Source: an uncultured Chloroflexia bacterium
GTDB lineage: Bacteria; Chloroflexota; Anaerolineae; CG2-30-64-16
Assembly (NCBI GenBank): GCA_963774265.1
Contig: CAVZDU010000006.1
Location: forward strand, 96,001-160,000
Reading direction: 5' to 3'
Length of the DNA stretch: 64,000 bases
Under the pieces are notes generated by a model. The model made no database searches and was not told the DNA's origin. It worked only from the letters and a program-made list of their open reading frames with translations. The position numbers and the translations under genes are program-made. This document shows, one piece after another, positions 1 through 11,348 of this stretch (positions within the stretch are counted from its first letter, which is position 1; every line of letters starts with the position of its first letter).

Positions 1-852
1 GAGTTCCTCTACCTCGGCGTCGGTCAGCCAGTCCCAGGCTGCATAGAAATAGCGGTTAGTGGCCGCCTCGGCCTCCTGCCGGAGAACGTCGCCGCGGCCG
101 GTCACCGAGTAGCGCCCCTGGTTCTCCGTAACCCACCCTCGGCCGATCAGGTCCTGCAGGGCCAGGGCATAATCCTCGCGCGCGTAGCCCCGGCGCGCCA
201 TCATGGCGCACAATTCGTCGAGGGTCTGCGCCGCGCCCTGCCACACCAGGGTGAACGCCTCCCACTCTTGGCCGCTGACCCCATAGGGCCGCCAGGATGC
301 CAGGTGGGCATCGTCGCGATAGGCGCCCAGATCACTGAGATACTGATCGAGGCGCACCATCACCGGCGCCTTCACCCCGGGATCGAAATGGCGGGCGATG
401 CGCAGGCACCATTTGCCCGGCGACTCGGGCGCGGCCAGGATGGCTTCGACCAGCCGGTCGAGCAGGTCGGCCAGGCGCTGCAGGTCAGCCTCGGGCAGGG
501 GGCGCAGAGGGGCCATCGCAGCGTAGGCCGTTTCCACGAGATGCCGAACCCCCGCGCGGCCCGCACCAGTCAGGTGGTAGTCCCCAGCCCCGACGGGCTC
601 CAAAAAACCCAGGTGGACCCCCTTTGCCAGGTTGGCCTCCAACCTGGCCGGAGCCGTGTACGCTGAACGAACCTGCAGCCGCCGCGCGGAAACGGGGTCG
701 GGTTCGAAGACGCGTGCCGCCATAAGCCACCCATACCACTCGCCGAGCGGGATGCCCAGCTCTGCCGCCGCCCGGTCGATTGCCGGACCGTAATGGGCCG
801 TGAGCGCGCCCCAGGCTTGCCAAATCAGGGGCCACAGATCGAGGTCTTTCAT
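1..852 (-). CDS. Hypothetical protein (possibly SCO6745/EvbL-like, helical); runs off the window edge, frameshifted
   Basis: Manual translation from ATG 852: MKDLDLWPLIWQAWGALTAHYGPAID..., later DAHLA..EWEAFTLVWQG..LQDLIGRGWV..ATNRYFYAAWDWLTDAEVEEL. The provided ORF track shows only off-frame ORFs here. Confidence 0.5.
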   Translation of the reverse strand, partial: MKDLDLWPLIWQAWGALTAHYGPAIDRAAAELGIPLGEWYGWLMAARVFEPDPVSARRLQVRSAYTAPARLEANLAKGVHLGFLEPVGAGDYHLTGAGRAGVRHLVETAYAAMAPLRPLPEADLQRLADLLDRLVEAILAAPESPGKWCLRIARHFDPGVKAPVMVRLDQYLSDLGAYRDDAHLASWRPYGVSGQEWEAFTLVWQGAAQTLDELCAMMARRGYAREDYALALQDLIGRGWVTENQGRYSVTGRGDVLRQEAEAATNRYFYAAWDWLTDAEVEEL

Positions 853-931
853 TTGCACCCTCCATCGCGATGCAATTCAGATGTTACGAGGCCAGCCACA
901 CGCGTGGCACTCCAAGCATATCATAGCGCCA

Positions 932-2292
932 TCAATTACGCATACTCATCACCGTCGAAGGCAGCCGGCCCCCTCGGCGCATGAAGTCGCGGGCCGAGAA
1001 GGGGTTGACCCGCATCACCGGCGCGCTGCCCAGCAGGCCGCCGAACGCCACCAGGTCGCCCGCGACCGCGTCCCGGCGCTGGGATCACCCGGACGGCGGT
1101 GGTCTTGTCGTTGATGATGCCGATGGCCAGCTCGTCGGCGATGATCGCGGCGATGGTCTCCTCAGGCGTGTCGCCGGGGATGGCGAACATATCCAGCCCC
1201 ACGGAGCAGACCGCTGTCAGCGCCTCCAGCTTGTCCAGGCTCAGCGCGCCCCGCAGCACCGCGTCGATCATCCCCGCGTCCTCGCTCACCGGGATGAAAG
1301 TGCCGCTCAGACCGCCTACGTTGCCGCTGGCCATCGCACCGCCCTTTTTCACCGCGTCCATCAACAGCGCGATCGCCAGGGTCGAACCGTGCGCGCCGAT
1401 GTGCTCGATGCCGAACGCCTCGACGACGTTGGCGACGGAATCGCCCGCGGCCGTGGTGGACGCCAGCGAGATGTCCACGATGCCGAACGGGACGTCCAGG
1501 TTGCGCGCCAGCTCGCGGCCGATCAGCTCGCCCGCGCGGGTGATCTTGAACACCGTGCGCTTGATGACCTCGGAAAGCTGCGTCAGGTCGCAGTCGCGGT
1601 TCTTCTCCACCACGCTGCGCACCACGCCGGGGCCGCTGATGCCGACGTTCAGCGTGACGTCCGGCTCGCCCACGCCGTGGTACGCGCCGGCCATGAAGGG
1701 ATTGTCCTCGGGCGCGTTGACGAAGACCACGAACTTGGCGCAGCCGATGGCATCCGGCGTGCGCCGGCTGGTCTCCTGCAGCATCGGCCCCAGCAGGTTG
1801 ACCGCGTCCAGGTTCAGCCCGGCGTGCGTCGAGCCGACGTTGAGGAACGCGCACACCCGCTCGGTCGCGGCCAGCACTGCGGGCAGCGCCTCGATCAGCA
1901 CCGCGTCGGAGCGGGTCAGGCCCTTCTGCACCAGCGCGCCGAACCCACCGATGAAGTCGATCCCCGCGTCGCGGGCGGCGCGGTCGAGCGTCTGCGCCAT
2001 CGCCAGGTACTTCTCGGGCGTCGGCGTGCGTCTCCATGATCAGGCTGACGGGCGTGACCGAGATGCGCTTGTTGACGATGGGGATGCCGTACTTCACCTC
2101 CAGCGGCCGCGCCTGCTCGATCAGCGCCCGGGCGTAGCCATTGACCTTCCGGTAGACCTTCTCCTGGAACGCGGCGAAATCCGAGTCGATGCAGTCCTTG
2201 AGGTTGACCCCCAGCGTCGTCGTCCGGATGTCCAGGTTCTGGTGCAGCGTCATGTTGGCGGTTTCGAAGAGTTCTTCGACGTCGAATCTCAT
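932..2292 (-). CDS. DUF711/UPF0210 (PFL-like fold) family protein, frameshifted near 2030 and 1080-1060
   Basis: N-terminus [29 protein letters not shown] joins [53 protein letters not shown]; ends ..[16 protein letters not shown]. Confidence 0.9.
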
Positions 2293-2294
2293 GG

Positions 2295-2575
2295 CTATAT
2301 CCTGTGCATCATCTTGAACACGTTCTGGTGCTGGATCTGGATGCGCATCGCCATCTCATCGCCCAGCTGCCTGCAGCGCGGCGCTGAGGGATTCCAGGTC
2401 GCGGTTGGCCTCAGCGCATGTCGACCGCCATCGTCATCACGAAGTAGCCTTCCATGATGCCCTGGCTGATGTCCTCGATGTTGACGTTGCACTCGTATAA
2501 CAGGCCGGAGATTCGGGCGACGATCCCCTTCTTGTCCTGGCCGATCACGGTGATGAAGAGCAGTTCTTTGTCCAT
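2295..2575 (-). CDS. ACT domain protein (UPF0237), frameshifted
   Basis: FITVIGQDKKGIVARISGLLYECNVNIEDISQ..YFVMTM plus C-terminal IQIQHQNVFKMMHRI; known partner of DUF711. Confidence 0.9.
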
Positions 2576-2650
2576 CGGGTGTTGCCTTCTCCTGCAAACA
2601 AAATAAGCCGGCAACAGGTCAGGCGACCGTGCCGGCTACGCTGGTGGGTA

Positions 2651-2679
2651 GTATAGCAGCGACCGTCAGCTTGGGCAAT
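2651..2679 (-). promoter_or_regulatory. Putative sigma70 promoter of the ACT-DUF711 operon
   Basis: Minus strand reads TTGCCC-17 nt-TATACT. Confidence 0.5.
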
Positions 2680-2704
2680 CTCGCCTATCCGGAGGATACA
2701 GCGA

Positions 2705-4144
2705 GTAACTGTTCAGCGTTACCCTTGACAGGGTGTGGCATGATTACGACATGACCGGGGATGAAGCGCAAGCCTTTGGGTATTTGCGAGCGGAGAATGC
2801 GGCGTTGCGGCAGCAGTTGGCGCTAGCTGTGGCGCGGATTATCGAGCTAGAGGCGCAACTGAACCAGCGCGGTGAGCCGCCGCCGTTCGTGAAGCCGAAC
2901 CGGCCGCAGCCGACGGAGCCCAAGGGGCCGCGGAAAAAGCGGGCGGCGGCGCACAACACGTCCCGGAAGCGGTCGCAGCCGACGCGGATTGAGCGGCACG
3001 TGCTGGAGCATTGTCCGGACTGCGGCTATCGCTTGCGCGGCGAGAGCATCGCCTACACCCGGGAAGTGATCGAGTTACCGCCGCCCCAGCCGGTGGACGT
3101 GATCGAGCATCAGGTGCTCAAGCGCTGGTGTCCACATTGCGCGACGTGGCACAGCCCGAAGTTGGCTCTGGGCGGTCAAGTGATTGGGCACGGGCGGATC
3201 GGGGTGCGGGTGGCGAGTTTGGTGAGCTATTTGCGCACGACGTTACGGCTGCCGTTTCGTTTGATTCAGAGCTATCTGGCGACGCTGCACCACTTGCAGT
3301 TGAGTGTCGGGGAGATCGTGGAACTGACCCATGCCGTGCGCCAGCAGTTGCAGCCGCAGGCCGATCAGCTCAAGGTGGCGCTGCAGACCAGCACGGTGAC
3401 GCATGGGGATGAAACGGGTTGGCGGGAGGCCGGTCAGAACGGCTACGCCTGGGCCTTTGTGACCGCTGGGCCCGCCGCGGTGCGCTACTTCGAGTTTGCG
3501 CACAGCCGGGGTCATCTGATTGCCCAGCGCATTTTGGGCGCTGACTGGCGGGGTTGGTTGGTGACCGACTTCTATGCGGCTTACAATCTGATCCCCGGGC
3601 GCCATCAACGCTGCTGGGTGCATCTGCTGCGCGATCTCCACGACCTCAAACAGGCGCAGGCGGATAACCTGACAGTCGTACAATGGGCGACCGACGTGCG
3701 CCAGCTCTACGACGAGGCCCAGGCCTGGCTCGCAGCACACCCAGCACCGCCGCTGGCGGAACGGCGCACTGCGTACGCCGACCTTTTCACCCGGGCCTGT
3801 CGCTTGGGCGAGCAGTATGCCCTGACCTATGCGCATCCGTGTTGCACCCTGGCCAAACGTTTGCTGCGCCACCAGGACGAGTTGTTCCAGTTCATCTTGG
3901 TGCCCGGGTTACCAGCCGACAATAATCTGGCCGAGCGCAGCATTCGGCCGTTGGTCATCATGCGCAAGATCAGCGGCGGCTCCCGCAGTGAGGAGGGCAC
4001 GAAAACGCGCTTGACCTTGGCCAGCTTGCTCCATACTTGGGCCGCCCGCAACCTCAATCCGTTTCTGGAATGCTATGCGGCCCTCCGGCAACCGACCGCC
4101 ACCGCACCTCCATAAACTTCCTTACCCGAACGGTGAACACTTAC
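2705..4144 (+). mobile_element. IS66-family insertion sequence, single-ORF (ISBst12-like) type, 1440 bp
   Basis: Terminal IRs GTAACTGTTCAGCGTT / GTAAGTGTTCACCGTT (14/16 match, GTAA start typical of IS66). Perfect 8-bp target duplication TACAGCGA at 2697-2704 and 4145-4152. Confidence 0.95.
2733..4115 (+). CDS. tnpC: IS66 family DDE transposase (TnpC-like)
   Basis: Coiled-coil N-terminus, CPDCG..CPHC zinc finger, HGDETGW, VTDFYAAY, QRCWVHLLR, DNNLAERSIR motifs; uninterrupted ORF. Confidence 0.95.
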   Translation: MWHDYDMTGDEAQAFGYLRAENAALRQQLALAVARIIELEAQLNQRGEPPPFVKPNRPQPTEPKGPRKKRAAAHNTSRKRSQPTRIERHVLEHCPDCGYRLRGESIAYTREVIELPPPQPVDVIEHQVLKRWCPHCATWHSPKLALGGQVIGHGRIGVRVASLVSYLRTTLRLPFRLIQSYLATLHHLQLSVGEIVELTHAVRQQLQPQADQLKVALQTSTVTHGDETGWREAGQNGYAWAFVTAGPAAVRYFEFAHSRGHLIAQRILGADWRGWLVTDFYAAYNLIPGRHQRCWVHLLRDLHDLKQAQADNLTVVQWATDVRQLYDEAQAWLAAHPAPPLAERRTAYADLFTRACRLGEQYALTYAHPCCTLAKRLLRHQDELFQFILVPGLPADNNLAERSIRPLVIMRKISGGSRSEEGTKTRLTLASLLHTWAARNLNPFLECYAALRQPTATAPP

Positions 4145-4226
4145 TACAGCGAAAGGGTTATCACAGCGCATAGGCCTGTGGTAGAATACCGGAGATGGGC
4201 TGCCGCCCATCCCCGAGGCGCCCTTG

Positions 4227-7045
4227 ATGACACCTTCCGTACGCAGGCGCAGCTCCGACCCCTGGCTCATCCCTGCGGCCCTGCTGCCTATCATACCGAT
4301 CGTGGCCTTGCTCCGACCCGGCGTCGCCGCCACCTCGGACGGCCTGGTGCACCTTCTGCGCACGCTCCAGGTGGCCGAATTGATGAGGTCAGGCGTCATC
4401 TATCCCCAATGGGCGCCGGACTTCTACTTCGGCTACGGCTATCCCTTCTTCCTCTTTTACGCGCCCGGCGCGCACATGCTGGCCGCCGACCTGGCGCTGC
4501 TCGGCCTGGGCGTGATCCGCGGCCTGGTCGCAGTCCAGGTGCTCAGCCTGTTCCTGGCCAGCATCGGCGCCTACCTCGCGGCCCGGAGCCTCTTCCGGGG
4601 AACGGCCAGCCCACACATCGTCTCGATGGCGGCCCTCGGCGCGGCGGCCCTCTACATCTTCACGCCGCTGCGCATCCGCGAGCTGTTCAGCCAGGGCAAC
4701 CTCTCCCAGTTGCTGGCGCTCAGCATCCTGCCCTGGTGCCTGTGGGCCCTGATCGCGACCGCCCGCGATTCGGGCGGCGCCCGCGGCCGCCGGTGGTGCG
4801 CCGTCGCGGGGGCCGGACTGCTGCTCGCGGCCCTGCTTTATGCCCATCACCCGTCCGCTTTTCTAGCGTTTCCGCTGCTCGGCGTGCTGGCCCTGGCCAT
4901 CGCCCTGCTGGAGGGTGCGGAGCGCAGGTGGCGCGCGGCCGGCATGGTCGCGGCTGCGTTCTTGCTCGCACTGCTGCTCAGCGCGCCGTTCGTCGTGCCG
5001 TGGGTGCTCGAATCGTCCTACGGCAGCCTGGGGCGCATGGAGACAGGACCGTTCAACGCTGCGCTGAACCTGGTCCCCTGGGACCAGCTCTTCGCGCCCG
5101 CGGCCACCCTGGATGCGGCCAGCATCAACTCGCCGCGGCCGTACACCCTGGGGCTATTCCAGGCCATTCTGGCTGCGCTTGGCATGGGGGCCGCGGTCGT
5201 GCTGCGCGGCCGCGGGCGCGTGCTCCTGGTGGTCGCGGCCCTATTGGCCGCCTGCCTCCTCCTCATGCTGCCCGTGGCCGGGCCGCTCTGGACCCGTCTC
5301 CCGCTTGCCAGGTTTATTGCGTTTCCATGGCGGCTCCTGGGGCCCGCGGGGCTGCTCGCCGCGCTCATCGGTGCGGCGCCCCTGCTGCTCCTGCCCGAAC
5401 GCGGCGCGCGGGCCGCGCTGCTCCTGGTCCTCCTGCTCGCGCCGCTCAGCGTCGGAGCCTATCTCTTCCCATCGTCATCCCTCTGGCGACCGGCGCCGGC
5501 CGGCGGCTTCACCCTGGCGGACATTGGGCGGTACGAGTCATCGGCCGGCGGCTCGCGCGGCACAGCCAGCGCGAACGAGTATCTGCCCCGGTGGGTTGAA
5601 AACCCGGACCCGCCCCCGGTGCTGCTGCAGGACTACGAGGCGGGCCGTGCCCCCGAACGGCTCGACACCACCGCGCTTCCCCGGGCAGCCAGGGTGAGAC
5701 GCTCAAGTCGGCGGCCCTCCGTAGCATCTATCGCCTGAATCTGACGCAACCCAGCCAGGTCATCATACGTTCTTTCTACTATCCGGGGTGGCGCGCGTGG
5801 ATCGACGGGCAGGATGCGGCCATCTCGCCCAGCTCGCCCTACGGGCTGATCACGGTCGCCGTGCCCGCGGGCGTGCACGAGCTGCGCGTGGCGTGGGGGA
5901 CGACCTGGCCGCGCACCGCGGGTTGGGTGCTGTTCGCTGTCGGGGTTGTGGGGGTGGCGGCAATGGGGCTTCTGTCCGCCAGGGACCGGCCCTTAACAGC
6001 CACAGAGGACACAGACAACACGGAGGGAGCGAAAGAACGCCGGTCCGGCCAGACTCAGGGTTCTCCGGACTCTCTGCGGCAAAATCCGGGTTCCGCCTGG
6101 CTGGCCACTGCTGTCATCCTGGTCGTGGCCGCGGTCAAAATCCTGTGGGTCGAGCCGCACACGGGGTGGTTCAGGCTGGAGTCGCCCGTGGATGCGCCGC
6201 GGAGCATGACCCACCCGCTGCACATCCCCTTCGCCAACGGGGTTGAGCTGCTCGGCTACGATCTGCCCCAGGACTCGGTCCGGCAAGGCGGACAACTGGC
6301 CGTGCGGCTCTATTGGCGGACGCACGAGGATCTGGGGGAAAACCTGGGCTCTTTCGTTCATCTCGTTTCGCCGGCAGGTGATGTGACCTGGGCGAATCTG
6401 ACCAAGGAGCACGCGGGCGACATGCCGTCGAGGAGCTGGCCTACCGGATTCTACGTGGTGGACGACTTCCGGTTGGACGTGCCGGAGAACACGCCACCGG
6501 TGCAGGCGACGATCAGGGTTGGCCTGATCGACACGGCCGGCCAGCGCGTACCGTTGGCCAACGGAGAGAACACCGTGGCCATCGGCCAGGTCGTCGTGAA
6601 GGACAGGCTTCGGCTTTTCGCGGTTCGACCCAACAGCGAGGACGCCTACCGCCTGGGCGAGCACATCAGCCTGGTCGGGTACAGCGCGGTGACCGAGACG
6701 GAAGACGGCGTCCGGCTGACGCTTTATTGGCGGACCGACGCCCGACTTCCTGTGGACTACTCAATATTTGCCCAGGTAATGGACCAGACAGAAGCAATGG
6801 TTGGACAGGCCGACGGTCCTGCTTGCGGAGGGGCTTGTCCGGCGACCAGCTGGACGCCCGACAGCATCATCGAGGACACCCGCGTGATCCCGCTGCCGGC
6901 AGGGGCGCGGATCGAGGGACGCCATGTCCTGGTGGGGATTTATGACCTGGCAACCGGAGAGCGCCTGCCCGTCCGAGACAGACGCGGAGCGGACCGCCCG
7001 GAACGGGCGATCCGCATTCCCGTGCTGGCTGGCTCAGGACCCTGA
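4227..7045 (+). CDS. Polytopic GT-C-fold membrane glycosyltransferase-like protein (6-pyruvoyl-tetrahydropterin synthase-related membrane family) with two C-terminal Ig-like repeats; frameshift near 5700
   Basis: DGLVHLLR..YPQWAPDFYFGYGYPFFLFYAPG, many TM helices, FPWRLLG, ANEYLPRWV, YYPGW; repeated ELLGYDL..LYWRT..FVHL / LVGYS..LYWRT..IFAQV domains. Confidence 0.75.
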
Positions 7046-7366
7046 CAGGATCCCGTGCTTGACGAGCCAGCTTCGCAGCTGCACGCGGGTGGCCTCGGTG
7101 ATCAGGCTGCCGCGATCGAGGCCCCGGGGGCTCTTGCCCGCGGCGAGCTCTGCCGGCGACTCGAAGGGTTCAACGCTCCCATCTTCTGCGACAATGACCG
7201 TCGGCACGCTCTCGAAGCCGACCCAACCGCGCAGCCGGGCCGCGGCTGCGCGGTCTTCCTTGATGTTGACGAAGGTCGCGGGCACACCCCATTCACTAAG
7301 GGCGCGTTGGGTGTCCGCGCTGCTGCCGCACCATGGCGACATGTAGACGACGACTTGCCTGGTCAT
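7034..7366 (-). CDS. Glutaredoxin/NrdH-like protein (CxxS)
   Basis: VVYMSPWCGSS..FVNIKED..GFESVPTVIV thioredoxin-fold motifs; GGAGG RBS upstream. Confidence 0.8.
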   Translation of the reverse strand: MTRQVVVYMSPWCGSSADTQRALSEWGVPATFVNIKEDRAAAARLRGWVGFESVPTVIVAEDGSVEPFESPAELAAGKSPRGLDRGSLITEATRVQLRSWLVKHGILSGS

Positions 7367-7525
7367 AGCTCCTCCGATGCACGAACTAAAAAGTAAGTTT
7401 GATTTTTTTGTCAACTGGTGTATACTGCCTCTGGCAGTATGCTCATGCAGTATGCATTGGTCGTAAGGCCTCCAAGGTTGTGCAAACCACGAAGGTCTGT
7501 CGGGAGACCCCCAAGGAGCGAAAGT

Positions 7526-9329
7526 ATGAGAGCATCAACAACCCAGACCGTGAGACTCCTGGCCAGCGCGGCCCTCGTGGGCCTGGCCTTGCTGGTCTTC
7601 TTGCTCTTCCCAGCCGCCATATCACACGCCGAGAGCAACATGCAGGCCGGTGGATGCGACGGTTACTATTATACCGTAAGAACCGGCGATTCATGGTCTA
7701 TCATCTCGCGGCGCGTCGGCGTATCCGTTACAACTCTTAAGCTGACAAATCCCCAGGCAATGCGCCGATACGATTGGGTGCTCATCGGCGAGAAGCTGTG
7801 CGTGCCGACCAAGCCGGGGACCCCGCAGGCCGATGCGACAAAGATCCCGGTGCCGCAGGGCGGGGAGTGGTACAAGGTCAGGCGAGGTGACACCTGGAAC
7901 TCAGTGGCACGCGCACACGATTTATCGGTTGCCGAGTTGTGGGCCGCCAATCCCGATGCCGTGAACGCGAAGCAGTGGCTGTACGTCGGCCAGCGCCTGT
8001 GGCTCCCGGGGCCGGCCACCGCCACGCCCGGAGCGACGATCGAGGCCGCGGTCACCGCCACCGCGACAGCGGCTGTCGCGGTAACGGCTGAAGCAGCAGT
8101 CACGCCGCTAGTTGCGGAGGCAACGCCGACACCCACGGCCACCGAACCTGCCCCCGCGACCGCCACATCGACGGTCAGCCCCTCAGCCACCCCGACACCC
8201 CTGCCGGCAGTCGAGGCAACGGCTACCCCCGCGGCCACCGCCACGGCCACTGCGGAAACGCTGCCGTCCATCCCGGAAAACTGCCCGGAGGCGTTGGAAG
8301 ACTACGGCGATGCAGTCCTGGCCTATCTGAACGACGAGGCCCATACGGCCGGGACTCTGCAGACGTGGCTGGAGGCCTGCGGCGTGCTCGCGGCCGAGCA
8401 GCAGGGCGTCGTACGTCGCGGCCATCACCGGGGCGAAAAGCGAGGATGTGGTCGTGACCGTCACCGACCCGGCCGCGAAGCCGCTCTCCAAACAGGGACA
8501 GCTATTGATCTACCACGAGGGTGCGGAAGGCTACAGCCTGGCGCACCAGGTCGAGGGCGTGGGTCGCATCGCGCTCCTGGAGGCTGCAGACATCAACGCG
8601 GATAAGAAATTCGACCTGGCCTACAGCGACACGAGTTGTGGCGCGCACACCTGCTTCGCGACGCTGTCCGTGATCTCCTGGGATGGCAAGGCGTATGCGG
8701 ACTGGATCGCGGATGACCCGACCATTGCGGGGCCGGAGTACACCTTCAAAGACGTGTCGGCCCTTGGCCAGGGCGAAGAGATCCTCGTCCATGGCGGCGT
8801 GATCGGATCGCTGGGTGCGGGACCGCAGCGTGCGTGGACCGAGACCTACGCCTCGGCCAAGGGTGGGGAGTACGCGCTCCTGTCGCGTGTTTACGACCCA
8901 TCCACCTGTCTCTACCACAAGATCCTGGACGCCAACACAGCCTTCGACGCCTGGGCACTGGATGGGTTTGGCGCGGCGATCGATCTGTACACGGCCGCCC
9001 TGGCCGACGAGAAGGCTGAGGCATGCGGAACGATCGAGGATGAGATTGCCACGCTGCAGGACTTCGCGCGCTTCCGGCTGATCGTGGCCGAGGTTGCTGC
9101 GGGCGAGGCAGGCAACGCGACCAGCTTCGTGACCGACATCAAGCATACCGGGCTCCGCGCGGCGGCCAATGCGTTCCTGACCTCTTACAGCACGACGGGC
9201 AGCGTGATCCAGGCCTGCCGCGATACCACGAAGCTGGCCGAGTCGGATCCGTCGTCGTGGAACTTCCTGGCCGACTGGGGCTATGCCAACCCCAGCCTCA
9301 CCGCCGGGGAATTGTGCCCGCTGAATTAG
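7526..9329 (+). CDS. Secreted protein with two LysM domains, a Thr/Pro/Ala linker and an acidic C-terminal domain; frameshift near 8410
   Basis: Signal peptide; YYTVRTGDSWSIISRR..LIGEKLCVP and YKVRRGDTWNSVARAH..LWAANP..VGQRLWLP; ADINADKKFDL Ca-binding-like loop. Confidence 0.8.
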
Positions 9330-9349
9330 GGACCGACTGAGGGAGTGGT

Positions 9350-9381
9350 AAAGGCGGGAGGCCCCTTAGCCTCCCGCCTTT
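9350..9381. terminator. Bidirectional intrinsic terminator between convergent genes
   Basis: AAAGGCGGGAGGC-CCCTTA-GCCTCCCGCCTTT, 13-bp perfect stem. Confidence 0.8.
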
Positions 9382-9383
9382 GC

Positions 9384-9904
9384 TTAATCGGCGGCGCTCC
9401 CGGCCAACAGAGACTGATAGATCTCGAGATCACGGCGCGAGAAACAGCAGAACACCACTTCCTCCAGCGTCGACGGCCCGGTGAGCGCGTCGCGCACCGT
9501 GTCGACGGCAACCCGAGCCGCCAGCTCGATGGGGTATCCATACACCCCGGTGCTGATGCTCGGGAACGCGATCGAGCGAAGCCCGTGCTCTACAGCAATG
9601 GCCAGGCTGTTGCGGTAGCAGGACGCGAGGAGCTCCGGCTCGCCAGCGCGTGCCGCCATGCCACACGGGACCCACCGCGTGGATGACAAACCGCGCAGGC
9701 AGGCGATAGCCGCGCGTGAGTTTCGCCTCACCGGTCCGGCATCCACCGAGCAGCCGGCACTCGGCAAGCAGCTCCGGTCCCGCCAGCGCGGTGGATTGCA
9801 CCGTCGACGCCACCCCCACCGAGGAGCGATGTATTGGCCGCATTGACGATCGCATCGACCGCTAGGGTGGTGATGTCGGCCTGAAGGGCCCCTAATCTGG
9901 TCAT
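9384..9904 (-). CDS. ymdB: O-acetyl-ADP-ribose deacetylase (macro domain), frameshifted
   Basis: [32 protein letters not shown]; [10 protein letters not shown]; [15 protein letters not shown]. Confidence 0.9.
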
Positions 9905-9977
9905 CGAATCGCCTCCTTTCAGGCGCCTGGACAACGCAGCCAACCGGTGGTAGGCTCGTGCGATCCGACCGGCAAGG

Positions 9978-11279
9978 ATGAGTCCCGTGAGCGGACCCAA
10001 AGGCCTCCCGCAGGCTGCGCAGCCTGCCTCGCCGTCCCGAGTGGTGCTCCTGCTCGGAATCGGCACCGCAGTCTCACTGTTGGGGGACAGCACCCTCTAC
10101 ACTGTGCTGCCGCGGCCGGAGATCGCGGCACAGGCCGGGGTAAGCCTGGGCATGGTCGGGGTGCTGCTGGGCGCAAACCGGGTCGTGCGCCTGCTGACCA
10201 ACGGCCTGGCCGGCATGCTCTACGACCGCCTGCCGCGGCGCCGCGTGCTGGCGGCCTCCCTCTTCCTGGGCGCGATCTCCACCCTCATCTTTGCCATCGG
10301 CCGCGGCCCCGGCCCTCTGCTGATCTCGCGGCTGCTGTGGGGCACGGCCTGGTCTGGCATCTGGGTGGGCGGGAATGCCGCGGTGCTCGACGTCTCGTCG
10401 GCCCACAATCGCGGCCGGCTGAGCGGGCAATACCAGATGTGGTTCTTCCTCGGCGCGGGAGGCGCAGCGCTGTTCGGCGGCGTCATGACCGACCTCCTGG
10501 GCTTTCACCGGGGGCTCCTGATCGGCGGCGGCTTGACGGTGCTTGCCGCGCTGCTCTGGCTGCTCGTCCTCCCCGACCTGAATCCGGCGCGGGCAGAAGC
10601 GGGAGGCGCGGGCCATATTCTTCCCGCGAAAGACGGTCCGCCGGGTGAACCGTTTCCCTGGCCGGCCGCCATCTTCACTGCCGTCCCCATGTTCGTGACC
10701 CGGTTCGTTTTCGCCGGGGTCATCACGGCCACCGCCATCCTGTGGCTGACCGGACTGCTGGGCGACGGGCTGTCGCTGGCCGGGCAGGCCGTGCCCATTG
10801 CCACGCTGACCGGAGCATTTGTGGCGCTGCGCGCGCTGTTCGGCGTCCTCGGGGCCAGGGGGGCAGGTCACCTGTCGGACCTGGCCGGCCGTCGTTGGTT
10901 GGTGGCTGCGGGGGTCATGCTGGCCGGCGCAGCAGGCGTCGCGCTGGCGGCAGGCCGCAACCCCCCGGCTGCCCTGACCGGAGGGTTGGTGGCTGCGATC
11001 GCGGCGGGCGGCGTGCAGGCCCTGGTCCCGGCCATCGCCGGGGACCGCATCCGGGCCAGCCAGCGCGGCCGCGTGCTCAGCGTGGTCTACACCCTGGGTG
11101 ACCTGGGCAGCGCGCTCGGCCCGCCGCTGGCCCTGGGGCTGATCCAATGGCTTCCGGCCGCGGCGGCCCCGGTCGCCACCCTTTACCGGCTTTGCGCGAT
11201 CCTGCTGGTCCTCACGGTCGTCTTTGCGCTGTGGCGCGCAGGAGCCGAACGGCAGGGCGAGGCGCTGCGAACCACCTGA
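9978..11279 (+). CDS. MFS transporter
   Basis: About 12 TM helices; [11 protein letters not shown] and [13 protein letters not shown] motif A copies. Confidence 0.9.
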   Translation: MSPVSGPKGLPQAAQPASPSRVVLLLGIGTAVSLLGDSTLYTVLPRPEIAAQAGVSLGMVGVLLGANRVVRLLTNGLAGMLYDRLPRRRVLAASLFLGAISTLIFAIGRGPGPLLISRLLWGTAWSGIWVGGNAAVLDVSSAHNRGRLSGQYQMWFFLGAGGAALFGGVMTDLLGFHRGLLIGGGLTVLAALLWLLVLPDLNPARAEAGGAGHILPAKDGPPGEPFPWPAAIFTAVPMFVTRFVFAGVITATAILWLTGLLGDGLSLAGQAVPIATLTGAFVALRALFGVLGARGAGHLSDLAGRRWLVAAGVMLAGAAGVALAAGRNPPAALTGGLVAAIAAGGVQALVPAIAGDRIRASQRGRVLSVVYTLGDLGSALGPPLALGLIQWLPAAAAPVATLYRLCAILLVLTVVFALWRAGAERQGEALRTT

Positions 11280-11348
11280 TCGAATGCGTCGCCTTGCACG
11301 GAGTCAGCCTTTGTCCCGTCCCGGCAGCCGGCTAACAATCCCTCGCGA

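Noticed and set aside
981-2457. Long plus-strand ORFs (352 and 452 aa)
   Set aside because: They are antisense to the DUF711 and ACT genes and have no recognisable domains.
2576-2700. ZMP/ZTP (pfl) riboswitch upstream of ACT-DUF711
   Set aside because: The conserved aptamer elements (GACUGGCG..GGUGG..CCAC..CGCCUGGGC) are not present; only a simple hairpin is seen.
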